A stretch of DNA of 64,000 nt from Minisyncoccota bacterium (GCA_028695415.1 JAQVIY010000002.1:4883-68882); one strand, 5' to 3'. Counted from the stretch's first letter, positions 1 to 8,648 are shown. Program-made: numbers and translations. The notes: generated by a model from the sequence alone, not told the origin.

Positions 1-509
1 TTGACGTGGGGAAAACAACGACAAAGATGGCTATCGTCACCAATCGCATTCCACGTTTCGCGACGACAATAGGCATCGGCGGGCACGCGCTCACGCTCGC
101 CGTGCAGAAACATTTTGGCGTGACTGAGAGCGAGGCGCGCAAGGTGAAGGCGGAGCGCGGTATCGTGCCTGCCGCAGGGAACGAGGATTATCTCGCCGCT
201 ATGCTCTCAACGGTTGCCGCTATCCGCGATGAGATATCCCGTCGTCTGAGCTACTGGCAGGAACGGGCGGCGATACAGGGTCCGTATGAGCCGGTATCGC
301 GCGCTATCCTTGTTGGGGGCAACGCTTCGGTGCGCGGGTTCCCTGAATATCTCGAAGGAGCACTCGGGATACCGGTTACGGCCGGCGATGTGTTCACCAA
401 TCTCGCATCGCGCGATACGTGGATACCGACGCTCGATTACACTGAGTCGCTTGCGTATACGACGGCTATCGGTCTTGCACTGCGCGACCACGCCCCTCTC
501 TATGAATGA
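1..509 (+). CDS. pilM: Type IV pilus assembly PilM-like actin-fold protein, C-terminal part (5' end outside window)
   Basis: DVGKTTT, GIGGHALT and ILVGGNA motifs plus C-terminal AYTTAIGLALR typical of the PilM/FtsA family; first of a pilMNO-like run. Confidence 0.75.
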   Translation, partial: DVGKTTTKMAIVTNRIPRFATTIGIGGHALTLAVQKHFGVTESEARKVKAERGIVPAAGNEDYLAAMLSTVAAIRDEISRRLSYWQERAAIQGPYEPVSRAILVGGNASVRGFPEYLEGALGIPVTAGDVFTNLASRDTWIPTLDYTESLAYTTAIGLALRDHAPLYE

Positions 510-1056
510 CGATCTGACCAATCTGCTTCCTCCGGAACGGCAGCGTGCGCTATCTCGGGAATATCGCATGCGCCTCGGCGTCGTGGCGGCGCTTCTGCTC
601 ACCTCACTTGCATGTGCGAGCGGGCTTTTATTGCTGCCGACGTACGTACTCCTGACGCAAAGCGCGGCGGCAAAACAAGCGAATCTTACGAATGTAGAAT
701 CCGTTCTCTCTTCTGCAGACGAAAAAGCTCTCGCCGCGCATCTCGCGGTTCTTTCAAATGATGCGGTGACGCTTATCGCGCTCGGGAAAGCGCCCTCGGT
801 AAGCGCGATACTGCGCAATACGCTTGCTATCCCGCGCCCCGGCATCACGCTCTCAGGATTTTCATACACCCCCGCCGCTCCAAATACCGCGGGGAAGCTT
901 ACGGTCTCTGGTACAGCACTAACGCGTGACACACTCCGTTCCTATCAAATAGTGCTTCAAGGCGCTCCCTTCGCTGCCAAAGCTGACTTGCCGGTCTCTG
1001 CATATGCAAAGGATGCTGACATATCGTTCACCATCACGATAACCCTTACACCATGA
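502..1056 (+). CDS. PilN-like membrane-anchored pilus assembly protein
   Basis: Start re-called at ATG 502 (MNDDLTNLLPP); NLLP motif, one TM helix, 'LTVSGTA.TR..L' ferredoxin-like segment; follows pilM. Confidence 0.65.
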   Translation: MNDDLTNLLPPERQRALSREYRMRLGVVAALLLTSLACASGLLLLPTYVLLTQSAAAKQANLTNVESVLSSADEKALAAHLAVLSNDAVTLIALGKAPSVSAILRNTLAIPRPGITLSGFSYTPAAPNTAGKLTVSGTALTRDTLRSYQIVLQGAPFAAKADLPVSAYAKDADISFTITITLTP

Positions 1057-1571
1057 AATCTCCTCTCTCTCAGTTGGTAGTCGTGAGCGTCATGTGCGCC
1101 GTAACGCTTATCGGGTACGGCCTGTGGTATTCGGTCGTTTCGTCGAAGAGCGCGAAAGTGGCGGAGCTTCAGAACTCTATTACCGCTAAAACCGAGACCG
1201 TAAATCGCATCGCCGCCACGCGCGCAACACTCGCCAGCATCGCAAGCGACGAAGCGGTCGTTCAGGGATACTTTGTCCCAGAAGCGAGCGTTGTCGCATT
1301 CATTGACTCGCTTCAGTCGCACGGAAGAGCGCTTGGAGCAACGGTGAGCGTGCTTTCGGTCTCGACGGTCGGTACGGCTGTAGCGCCGTCGCTTGCGCTC
1401 TCGCTCACGGTCAGCGGGACATTTGATGCGATGATGCGCACGATCGGCTCGATAGAACATAGTCCTTACGCCCTTTCTGTTTCGTTGCTTGATATCGTAC
1501 AAGACGGGAAGGGGAGCTGGCACGCCTCCCTCAAACTGCTTGTGGGCTCCCGAGCCGCTAACACACCATGA
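1053..1571 (+). CDS. PilO-like pilus assembly protein
   Basis: N-terminal TM, coiled coil, 'LTVSGTF..MMRTIGSIE..PY' PilO-like segment; ATGA overlap with the upstream gene. Confidence 0.6.
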   Translation: MKSPLSQLVVVSVMCAVTLIGYGLWYSVVSSKSAKVAELQNSITAKTETVNRIAATRATLASIASDEAVVQGYFVPEASVVAFIDSLQSHGRALGATVSVLSVSTVGTAVAPSLALSLTVSGTFDAMMRTIGSIEHSPYALSVSLLDIVQDGKGSWHASLKLLVGSRAANTP

Positions 1572-1876
1572 ATTTCTTTCACCGCATCGGCTCTTTTGTG
1601 AAGCGTGCTCGCGTCGACACCCCGGCCGACCCTGTGCGCGACTGGCTTGTGCTCTTGTCGCTGTCGGCGATAGCACTAGTGAGCATCATCGTCTGGAATG
1701 CTTGGGCATTTGACACGGTCTCGGGCGGCGGCGCTATCGGCTCCACGACCGTAAAGGCTCCGGAAGTTTTCAACCAATCTTCTCTCAATACCATTCGAAC
1801 CATCTTCGAGAATCGGGCTGCTGAGGAAGCGAAGTATGAGTCGGGTATGTATACCTTCATCGACCCGTCGCAATAA
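1568..1876 (+). CDS. Single-TM hypothetical protein of the pil operon
   Basis: ATGA overlap with the pilO-like gene; one hydrophobic helix; C-terminal DPS. Confidence 0.6.
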   Translation: MNFFHRIGSFVKRARVDTPADPVRDWLVLLSLSAIALVSIIVWNAWAFDTVSGGGAIGSTTVKAPEVFNQSSLNTIRTIFENRAAEEAKYESGMYTFIDPSQ

Positions 1877-1910
1877 CAGCGGGAATGCGCTAGGGTAAGA
1901 GAGTGCGAGC

Positions 1911-1982
1911 GCCCCGATAGCTCAACGGATAGAGCAGCGCTCTTCTAAGGCGTTGATGTTGGTTCGATTCCAGCTCGGGGCA
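1911..1982 (+). tRNA. tRNA-Arg(TCT)
   Basis: GCCCCGA/TCGGGGC acceptor stem, GCTC/GAGC D stem, loop CT-TCT-AA, GGTTCGATTCC T arm; CCA not encoded. Confidence 0.93.
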
Positions 1983-1998
1983 CAAAATGCTACGCAGG

Positions 1999-2082
1999 TG
2001 CCGCGAGGGAGACTTGAACTCCCAACCCCTTGCGAGGACTAGCTCCTGAAGCTAGCGTGTTTACCAATTTCACCACCGCGGC
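1999..2082 (-). tRNA. tRNA-Leu(CAG)
   Basis: Reverse complement GCCGCGGTGGTGAAATTGGTAAACACGCTAGCTTCAGGAGCTAG, long variable arm, GTTCAAGTC T loop. Confidence 0.93.
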
Positions 2083-2734
2083 GTGCGTTGATTATGCGCA
2101 TAGATTTCATAATCTTCAAATGTTTGCGTCGAAGGCAGGGAAGCCCTTCGCGGTAATACATTGCTTTATATAGCTCTACTGCCTCCCGTTTTGAGTATTT
2201 CAACTGTGCGTATGGTCTGTTTCTGAAATGATTTAAGGAACCCTTTATGCCGATTATGGCTGAGATCTCATTTTGTAGCCACTCCAAATACGCTGGGCTT
2301 CCAGTGATGAAGGAAATATAGAATCGAAAACTCTTTTCAAAGACAGGGTCAAAATAAGAATAACTGCATCCATCGCCATCGAAATATCCTCGTAGGAAAT
2401 CAAAGAAATATTTTTTAGGTATAGAGACGGATGAAATCGTCTTAGATTTCGCGGGGGATAGTCCGATGCTCTGTAAGAATTGATAGAATAGGACATCACC
2501 GAATTGCGTATGATAAGCAAGATTCCCGGTACTTGAATGTTTTTCGCTCGTTTTTGTCTTTATGCTGAGGCATTTCTTGAACAGCGTGATTTGGGGCTTG
2601 TCTTTAGAAGTCAGATCAATATGCCGGCCATCTTTTGAGAGGCATCCATCGGCTGTTAGTAAGCCGATTGCGTATGCAAAATCCGCTGACCACTTAATCT
2701 GTACTTTGCCTCGCGGTTTTGGACCAGGTTTCAT
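2039..2734 (-). CDS. Free-standing two-motif LAGLIDADG homing endonuclease-like protein
   Basis: Motifs YAIGLLTADG and FLRGYFDGDG; AT-rich relative to neighbours; last 44 nt overlap tRNA-Leu(CAG). Confidence 0.85.
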   Translation of the reverse strand: MKPGPKPRGKVQIKWSADFAYAIGLLTADGCLSKDGRHIDLTSKDKPQITLFKKCLSIKTKTSEKHSSTGNLAYHTQFGDVLFYQFLQSIGLSPAKSKTISSVSIPKKYFFDFLRGYFDGDGCSYSYFDPVFEKSFRFYISFITGSPAYLEWLQNEISAIIGIKGSLNHFRNRPYAQLKYSKREAVELYKAMYYREGLPCLRRKHLKIMKSMRIINARRGGEIGKHASFRS

Positions 2735-2828
2735 TGAGCTAATTGTAGCAATAATTCTGTATATAAAGCGTATACCAATTCAGATTGGGGATTGGTGAAT
2801 GGAGAAGAAAGCGGTATTCTCTCAGTAC

Positions 2829-2901
2829 GCACCCTTAGCTCAGTTGGTAGAGCAGCGCATTTACACTGCGAAGGTCGGGGGTTCGAATCCCTCAGGGTGC
2901 A
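2829..2901 (+). tRNA. tRNA-Val(TAC)
   Basis: GCACCCT/AGGGTGC acceptor stem, loop TT-TAC-AC, GGTTCGAATCC. Confidence 0.93.
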
Positions 2902-2950
2902 CTGAAGAAGACAATGAATACGAAACCAAAAGAGTGGTATAAACGTTGAT

Positions 2951-3643
2951 ATGTCTATGAACGACTCGTCGGGCATTACCTGTGTGGGCATCATTATGGA
3001 CGGCAATCGCCGCTGGGCCCGCGCGGAGGGGAAACCGGTCTTTGAGGGACATAACGAAGGGTACAAGACATTACAGAAATTTCTCGGGTGGGCGCGCGAT
3101 GCGGATATTCCCCACGTGGTCGCCTATGCATTCTCGACGGAGAACTGGCAACGTTCAGAAGAAGAGGTAGGACATCTGATGTCTCTCTTCCGCTCTGTTC
3201 TTGAAAACGAAACAGAGAAGATGAAAGAAGAACGTGTTCGGGTGTGCTTCGTCGGCGATCGGACGCGCTTTAGCGAAGATATACAGAAACAGATGGCGAG
3301 ACTCGAAGAGGAGACGGCACAGGAGTATGGCACCACGCTGCATCTCCTTATGTCATATGGCGGCCGGCAAGAGATAGTCGCTGCGGCGAAAGCATTGCTC
3401 GTAGAGGAGGCGACAGATGTTTCGGAAGATTCGTTTGCAAAAAAACTCTGGTCGTACCCGATGCCCGACCCCGATCTCATCATTCGCACCGGCGGCGAGA
3501 AGCGCCTCTCTAATTTTCTTCCCTGGCAGTCCACGTATAGCGAGCTTTTTTTCATAGACACGTATTGGCCCGCTTTTACCAAAGAAGAGTTCGATGAGGT
3601 TCTCGCCGAGTTTGCCGCGCGTGAGCGTCGCCGCGGGAAATAA
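2951..3643 (+). CDS. uppS: Undecaprenyl/polyprenyl diphosphate synthase
   Basis: IIMDGNRRWA, AFSTENW.R, DLIIRTGGE.RLSNFL.WQ..YSE motifs. Confidence 0.95.
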   Translation: MSMNDSSGITCVGIIMDGNRRWARAEGKPVFEGHNEGYKTLQKFLGWARDADIPHVVAYAFSTENWQRSEEEVGHLMSLFRSVLENETEKMKEERVRVCFVGDRTRFSEDIQKQMARLEEETAQEYGTTLHLLMSYGGRQEIVAAAKALLVEEATDVSEDSFAKKLWSYPMPDPDLIIRTGGEKRLSNFLPWQSTYSELFFIDTYWPAFTKEEFDEVLAEFAARERRRGK

Positions 3644-3669
3644 GCCCGACAGAGTGCTAGGGTAGGGGT

Positions 3670-4425
3670 ATGGAGCCCACAATCCTTTATGAAGATGCCG
3701 CTGTGCTTGTCATCAATAAGCCCGCAGGGCTCATTGTGCATAGTGACGGTCGCACCGAGGAGCCGTCGGTTGCCTGCTGGGTGTTGGAGAAGTATCCACA
3801 TCTCGCCGAAGTGGGGGAGCCATGGACCTCGCCGCAGGGCGAGGTCATCGCGCGGCCGGGAATCGTACATCGGCTCGACCGCGGCACCTCCGGCGTGATG
3901 ATTCTCGCGAAAACGAACGAGGCACACGCATTTTTGAAAAAGCAGTTTCAAGACCGCACGACCGAGAAGAAGTATCGTGCGCTCGTCTATGGACACCCCC
4001 TGAAGAACAAGGGCGTTATCGAAGCAGAGATCGTGCGTATTCGCTCACTGCCGCCGCGATGGGGTGTGCAAAGAGAAGGAGAGGAGCGTACGCATCGCGC
4101 TGCGATTACCGAGTGGGAGGTACTGAGCCGGACGACCGACCCGGAGACCGGCGATAAAGTCGCTTATCTTGAGGCGCGCCCCAAGACTGGTCGGACACAC
4201 CAGATACGCGTGCACCTAAAGCATCTTGGGTACCCGGTCATCGGTGACCCGCTCTACGCCAAAGGCAAACCTTGCTTACTCGGCTTCACTCGTCCAGCGC
4301 TCCACGCCTATGAGCTCTCGATCGTGCTCCCCTCAGGGTCGCGTGAGACATTTCAAGCGCCATTGCCTGAAGATTTTGAAAGGGCGCTTGCCGCGCTCGG
4401 CCAAGGGGCGTCCGGCAGAGCCTAG
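3670..4425 (+). CDS. RluA/RluD family pseudouridine synthase
   Basis: NKPAGL, HRLDRGTSG catalytic motif, TGRTHQIRVH, GDPLY, LHA. Confidence 0.93.
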   Translation: MEPTILYEDAAVLVINKPAGLIVHSDGRTEEPSVACWVLEKYPHLAEVGEPWTSPQGEVIARPGIVHRLDRGTSGVMILAKTNEAHAFLKKQFQDRTTEKKYRALVYGHPLKNKGVIEAEIVRIRSLPPRWGVQREGEERTHRAAITEWEVLSRTTDPETGDKVAYLEARPKTGRTHQIRVHLKHLGYPVIGDPLYAKGKPCLLGFTRPALHAYELSIVLPSGSRETFQAPLPEDFERALAALGQGASGRA

Positions 4426-4467
4426 CTATTTGCTCTCCCGCAAGGGGCGTGCTAGAGTGCGCAAAAC

Positions 4468-4983
4468 ATGCAAAAGGTTATCACTCCAGTAAACGCAGAA
4501 GGGCGCGCGAAGCTCGGTATTCGCGCGGGCGATACGGTGCGCGTCGTACAGAACATCGTCGAACTCAAGAAGGGCAAGGGTAACGATAAGAAGGAGAAGA
4601 CCATCAAGAATACGCGCAAGCAGACCTTCGAGGGTCTCGTGCTCTCGGTCAAACACGGCGCTGAAGCGGGCGGCTCGTTCACGGTTCGTGCGATACTCTC
4701 GGGTGTCGGCGTCGAGAAGACCTTCCCGCTCTACTCGCCGGTCATCGACTCTATCGAGATCGTGAAGCGCTCGAAGGTCCGCCGCGCGAAGCTGTACTTC
4801 ATCCGCGAGAAGGCGGCGAAGGCGGTCCGCCGCCAGCTCCGTAACGCGCGCATGTTGAACCTCAAGAGCGATGAGACCATCGCACCGGTAGAAGCTGAAG
4901 CAGTCGCGGAAGAAGTTGAGGGTGCAGGGGAGACTGCGGCACCGACTGTCGAGGAGAAGGTTGAAGAGGTGGCCGCAGTGTAA
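4468..4983 (+). CDS. rplS: 50S ribosomal protein L19 with acidic C-terminal extension
   Basis: GDTVRV, Q.FEG.V, GVGVEKTFPLYSP, KVRRAKLYF.R. Confidence 0.95.
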   Translation: MQKVITPVNAEGRAKLGIRAGDTVRVVQNIVELKKGKGNDKKEKTIKNTRKQTFEGLVLSVKHGAEAGGSFTVRAILSGVGVEKTFPLYSPVIDSIEIVKRSKVRRAKLYFIREKAAKAVRRQLRNARMLNLKSDETIAPVEAEAVAEEVEGAGETAAPTVEEKVEEVAAV

Positions 4984-5019
4984 AAAAGGTGTTTGTGGTA
5001 TAAATAAGCGTGCGCACCT

Positions 5020-5101
5020 GCCCAGGTGGTGTAATTGGTAAACACGTATGCTTGAGGTGCATATGCCGCAAGGCGTGGAGGTTCAAGTCCTCTCCTGGGC
5101 A
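5020..5101 (+). tRNA. tRNA-Leu(GAG)
   Basis: GCCCAGG/CCTGGGC acceptor stem, TATGC-TT-GAG-GT-GCATA anticodon arm, long variable arm. Confidence 0.93.
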
Positions 5102-5319
5102 CATGAAAAACCGGCCTAAGCCGGTTTTTGCATGGCCAGGAGAGGACTTGAAGACCGGAGGACGACGGTCCGAGGTAGGGCCGAAAAAATTTTCAGCAGA
5201 AAATTATTTTTGGCCAAGCCTCTCCTGGGTACAAAATACAGTCGCCGCATGCGAAAGCGTGCAGCGACCGTATTTTGTGAGAAAGAAGTGTAATCACGAT
5301 CCTCTCCTGGGCACAAAAT
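5082..5319. repeat. Inverted and direct copies of the tRNA-Leu(GAG) 3' end
   Basis: TTCAAGTCCTCTCCTGG (5082-5098) inverted at 5136-5152; CCTCTCCTGGG direct copies at 5219 and 5301. Confidence 0.8.
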
Positions 5320-5355
5320 GTTTAGGGCTCGACACTTTGTGTCGAGCCCAGGTTG

Positions 5356-5478
5356 TCACTGATGGAGGAGACGAAACAGCATCTCACCCCAATCGTTGAT
5401 GCAGAACATCGCGATGAAGATGATGAAGATAACGACTACTGCTTCCTCACCGGATGTCCACTTGTGTTGGCTGTCCAT
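5356..5478 (-). CDS. Putative 40-aa hydrophobic peptide (MDSQHKWTSGEEAVVVIFIIFIAMFCINDWGEMLFRLLHQ)
   Basis: Not in the ORF track; AGGAGG SD, promoter at 5684-5655, hairpin GGGCTCGACA-CTT-TGTGTCGAGCCC downstream at about 5325-5349. Confidence 0.5.
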   Translation of the reverse strand: MDSQHKWTSGEEAVVVIFIIFIAMFCINDWGEMLFRLLHQ

Positions 5479-5654
5479 AGTGCCTCCTAAGGGCGAAGTC
5501 CGAAGACGACATCCCAATTGATATTGAAATACAGGAAGGCTCCTATGAATGTGAGCCCTATCAGGGTTACGTCATTTCGGGTCAGAAACCCGACAATCTG
5601 CTTGTCCCACCAATTTTTGTGCATCAAAGAACTCCTGATTATCTGAACCTATAC

Positions 5655-5684
5655 ATTATAGCACATTGTATATTTGAAAGTCAA
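5655..5684 (-). promoter_or_regulatory. Sigma70-type promoter TTGACT-N18-(TGC)TATAAT
   Basis: Near-consensus -35 and extended -10 read on the minus strand. Confidence 0.55.
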
Positions 5685-5716
5685 CACCTCCTAAAACCGG
5701 GTATATACTGAGCGAT

Positions 5717-6253
5717 ATGGCTCTGTTTACCGGCAAGGGCGATACGGGCACCACGACCGCCTTTGGCTGCGATCAACAGCGGATATCAAAATCGTCTGAA
5801 CTACCCGAGGCGCTTGGTGCGCTCGATGAGCTGAACGCATTTCTCGGGTTCGTGAAGCTGAGAGCGGTGCGCGAAGAGCGCATCGCGAGCGCTCTTCGCG
5901 ATGCGCAAGAAACACTCTTCGTCATTCAAGCAGAGATAGCGGGCGCAGATAAAAGAGCGGGGGAGAACAACGTGAGAGAAATAGAAAAGATAGTGAACGA
6001 GATAGAGACAGAGATACCGCCTCTGAAAGGGTTCTCTATCGCGGGCGGCACCGAGCTCTCGGCGCTTCTTGATGTGGCGCGGACGGTTGCGCGACGCGCC
6101 GAGCGGCAGCTTATTGCTGCGAAAAATGTGCAGGCGTGCGTGCCTTCAAAAGAAACACTCGCGTATCTAAACCGCCTTTCATCACTTCTTTTTGCGCTCG
6201 CGCGTCTTGCAAACCACCTCGCCGGTATTATTGAAGAGAATCCGCGGTACTGA
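5717..6253 (+). CDS. PduO-type ATP:cob(I)alamin adenosyltransferase family protein
   Basis: FTGKGDTGTT, G.LDELNA.LG, RTVARRAER, YLNRLSSLLFALAR. Confidence 0.88.
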   Translation: MALFTGKGDTGTTTAFGCDQQRISKSSELPEALGALDELNAFLGFVKLRAVREERIASALRDAQETLFVIQAEIAGADKRAGENNVREIEKIVNEIETEIPPLKGFSIAGGTELSALLDVARTVARRAERQLIAAKNVQACVPSKETLAYLNRLSSLLFALARLANHLAGIIEENPRY

Positions 6254-6334
6254 GGATAGGAAAAACATTGGGTTCTGAAATATCCACACGACATTCTCTT
6301 TACCTAGAGTAGTAGGAGTCATATCATATGAGAT

Positions 6335-6820
6335 ATGGCTCAAGTACTTTGTAAACGATGCGGAAAAGAGTTTTATGCAAAGCCAAATTGGCTGAAGGCC
6401 GGATACGGGAAATACTGCTCGGCCGTATGTCATCACGCGAGCATGAAGAATGGGAAGGAAGTCTCCTGTTCGATATGCGGGAAGCTGACCTACAAGACCC
6501 AAAAAGCTCTCAATAGATCAAAAAGCGGCAAGTTTTTCTGCAGTAAGAGCTGTCAGACACAATGGCGCAATCAACTTTATATCGGTACTGCGCATAAGAA
6601 CTTTAAAACGGGAGAATTCGTCTATCGGGCGAAGATGGAACGTCATAATATTCAGAAAATATGCAGGCTATGTAAAACTGAGGATTTTCGTGTGTTAGCA
6701 GTACATCATCTTGATAAGAATCGAAAGAACAATGCATTAGAAAACCTCGTATGGCTTTGTCACAATTGTCACTTTCTCGTTCATCACTACGAACTGGAAC
6801 GAGAGAGACTCGTAGTGTAG
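6335..6820 (+). CDS. Zn-finger repeat plus HNH endonuclease
   Basis: Repeated CxxC...YCS/FCS Zn motifs; VHHLDKNRKNN..ENLVWLCHNCH HNH motif; AT-rich. Confidence 0.85.
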   Translation: MAQVLCKRCGKEFYAKPNWLKAGYGKYCSAVCHHASMKNGKEVSCSICGKLTYKTQKALNRSKSGKFFCSKSCQTQWRNQLYIGTAHKNFKTGEFVYRAKMERHNIQKICRLCKTEDFRVLAVHHLDKNRKNNALENLVWLCHNCHFLVHHYELERERLVV

Positions 6821-6835
6821 TGTAAGCAAGTGCGT

Positions 6836-6913
6836 GGTGGTCGTAGCTCAATTGGCTAGAGCATCTGCTTGTGGAGCAGAAGGTTGTGGGATCGTCCCCC
6901 ATCGACCACCCCA
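6836..6913 (+). tRNA. tRNA-His(GTG)
   Basis: G-1, GTGGTCG/CGACCAC stem, C73, encoded CCA, loop TT-GTG-GA; atypical T loop ATCGTCC. Confidence 0.9.
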
Positions 6914-6945
6914 ATGATTGGTTTTGTGCGTGATATTATCAGGAG

Positions 6946-7587
6946 ATGAAATCTCTTCTCCTCGGTATCTTGTTCATCATCATCGTCGGCATCGGCGGTC
7001 TCGCCTATCGCAATGCCGTTGAGCATCCGCTGCAGCCGATAGCCTGCCCGATGGATGCGCAGGTGTGTCCTGACGGTACGGCGGTCTCGCGGACGGGGAA
7101 CTCGTGCACCTTCCCCGCATGTCCTCCGCCGAATGTCTCGCTTACTGACGTTGGCATCTCGTTCGCGATACCTGCGGGATTCGCCGCCGCAGAGCTTCCT
7201 GATGACTCAAGTGTCGCCGCATACGACATACCGCATGCGTCCTCGACTGAGACTTCGAGCATTATCATCCGCCGCTTCACTATAAGTGCGTCCTCGACGG
7301 CGCTCGCGACTATACAGCAGACGGCGATCGGCGGCGCCTCTGGCTTACCGGCGCCCACGACTGCCTTCACATCGACCACGCTTGGTACCCACCGCTTCAC
7401 GGTCGTTTCTCTGGAGCGCTTCGAGGGTGTTGTGGACACGGCCTACTACCTCGCGCATGGCAACGACGTACTGCGCTTCGATGCGATTGATCGGGGGACT
7501 GATTGGACTAATCCGAACCTCGATGTCGCGAAGCTTACGGCGCACGCGGCACTCGTGAAGCTCCTTACAACGCTCCAGGGGCAATAA
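6946..7587 (+). CDS. Membrane-anchored protein with Cys motif (ACxxDAxxCPDGxxVxRxxxxCxFxxCP)
   Basis: N-terminal TM and a 4-Cys motif common in CPR surface proteins. Confidence 0.75.
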   Translation: MKSLLLGILFIIIVGIGGLAYRNAVEHPLQPIACPMDAQVCPDGTAVSRTGNSCTFPACPPPNVSLTDVGISFAIPAGFAAAELPDDSSVAAYDIPHASSTETSSIIIRRFTISASSTALATIQQTAIGGASGLPAPTTAFTSTTLGTHRFTVVSLERFEGVVDTAYYLAHGNDVLRFDAIDRGTDWTNPNLDVAKLTAHAALVKLLTTLQGQ

Positions 7588-7633
7588 CGGTCAGTGGTAT
7601 ACTGGAAAGTGACAGCCATAACCATCTTCTAGT

Positions 7634-8437
7634 ATGAATAATCCTTTTTCTGAGATATTTGAGAACGGCAGTATACGTCTCGCGATTATCGGTACGCTTT
7701 CTATTCTCTCGCTCTTCTTGCTCGCACAGACGATAACGACCGCGGCAGACTTCGGCAGATCGGGTGTGCCTGCAACCGACACAGTTACGGTACAAGGGTC
7801 CGGTCAAGCGACTATGGCACCGGATGTCGCGCGCATCTCCTTCTCGGTGCAGAATACCGCAGCAACCGTCGCCCTCGCGCAAGAGGCAACAACGAAGCAG
7901 GCAAATGCCGCGCTTGATTTCGTAAAGGCGCAGGGCATTGCAGAGAAGGACGTGAAGACGCTCTCGTACAACATAAGCCCGCAGTATTCGTATCCGAACC
8001 CGTGTCCGCGCGGCGCACTGTGTCCTGACTATAGCGGCACCCCCAAGATTACCGGCTATCAGGTCTCTGAAACGGTACAGATAACAATGCGCGATCTCTC
8101 TGCGGTAGGCGAAATGCTCAGCGGTATCGGAAAGCTCGGCGTGCAGAATGTGAACGGCCCCGACTTTGCGCTTGATGACGCTACTGCCGGCTACAATGCT
8201 GCGCGTGCGGATGCTATCAGCAAGGCGCAGGTGCAGGCGCGACTTCTTGCAAAGCAACTCGGCGTGCGACTCGGTAAGATTGTGAACTTCTCTGAGTCAT
8301 CAGGCGGCTATCCGGTCCCGATGTACGCCTATGGCATGGGCGGCGGCGTTTCTGAAAAAGCGGCGGCCGTACCGAGCGTACCGGCGGGTGAGAATACCTA
8401 TAACGCTTCAGTCTCTATCACCTACGAGATCCGGTAG
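7634..8437 (+). CDS. SIMPL (DUF541) domain protein
   Basis: TVTVQGSG...APDVA.ISFSV, YNISPQY, AI..A...A..LA..LGVRLG. Confidence 0.88.
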   Translation: MNNPFSEIFENGSIRLAIIGTLSILSLFLLAQTITTAADFGRSGVPATDTVTVQGSGQATMAPDVARISFSVQNTAATVALAQEATTKQANAALDFVKAQGIAEKDVKTLSYNISPQYSYPNPCPRGALCPDYSGTPKITGYQVSETVQITMRDLSAVGEMLSGIGKLGVQNVNGPDFALDDATAGYNAARADAISKAQVQARLLAKQLGVRLGKIVNFSESSGGYPVPMYAYGMGGGVSEKAAAVPSVPAGENTYNASVSITYEIR

Positions 8438-8569
8438 AACTTTCCACAAGTCGCATCTGCTTCGTTGCAGACTCCGCTCCTCCCTTACCGTACCGACCAA
8501 GTACGGCTCGGTGCGGTGCTCGCTTGCACCTTGCATCTGCAAGCTTGCGGCGCGTTCTACGATCCGAGG

Positions 8570-8598
8570 TTGACCAGTTTTTGGCCACGTAGTATACT
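8570..8598 (+). promoter_or_regulatory. Promoter of secE-nusG (TTGACC-N17-TATACT)
   Basis: Consensus-like hexamers with 17-nt spacing. Confidence 0.6.
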
Positions 8599-8648
8599 GT
8601 CACTGTTGAAAGCCCGCAGGGCTTTTTTATTTACCGAACGCACTACCT

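Noticed and set aside
1999-2734. LAGLIDADG gene as part of a tRNA group I intron
   Set aside because: tRNA-Leu(CAG) is contiguous and complete; no P7/S core motifs flank the ORF.
5082-5319. CRISPR array or prophage att sites
   Set aside because: Repeats are tRNA-derived, only two or three copies with mixed orientation; no cas, integrase or phage genes.
5010-5399. 129-aa ORF
   Set aside because: Runs through tRNA-Leu and its repeats; no coding features.
8438-8570. tRNA-Trp expected upstream of secE
   Set aside because: Only irregular palindromes; no T-loop or cloverleaf found.
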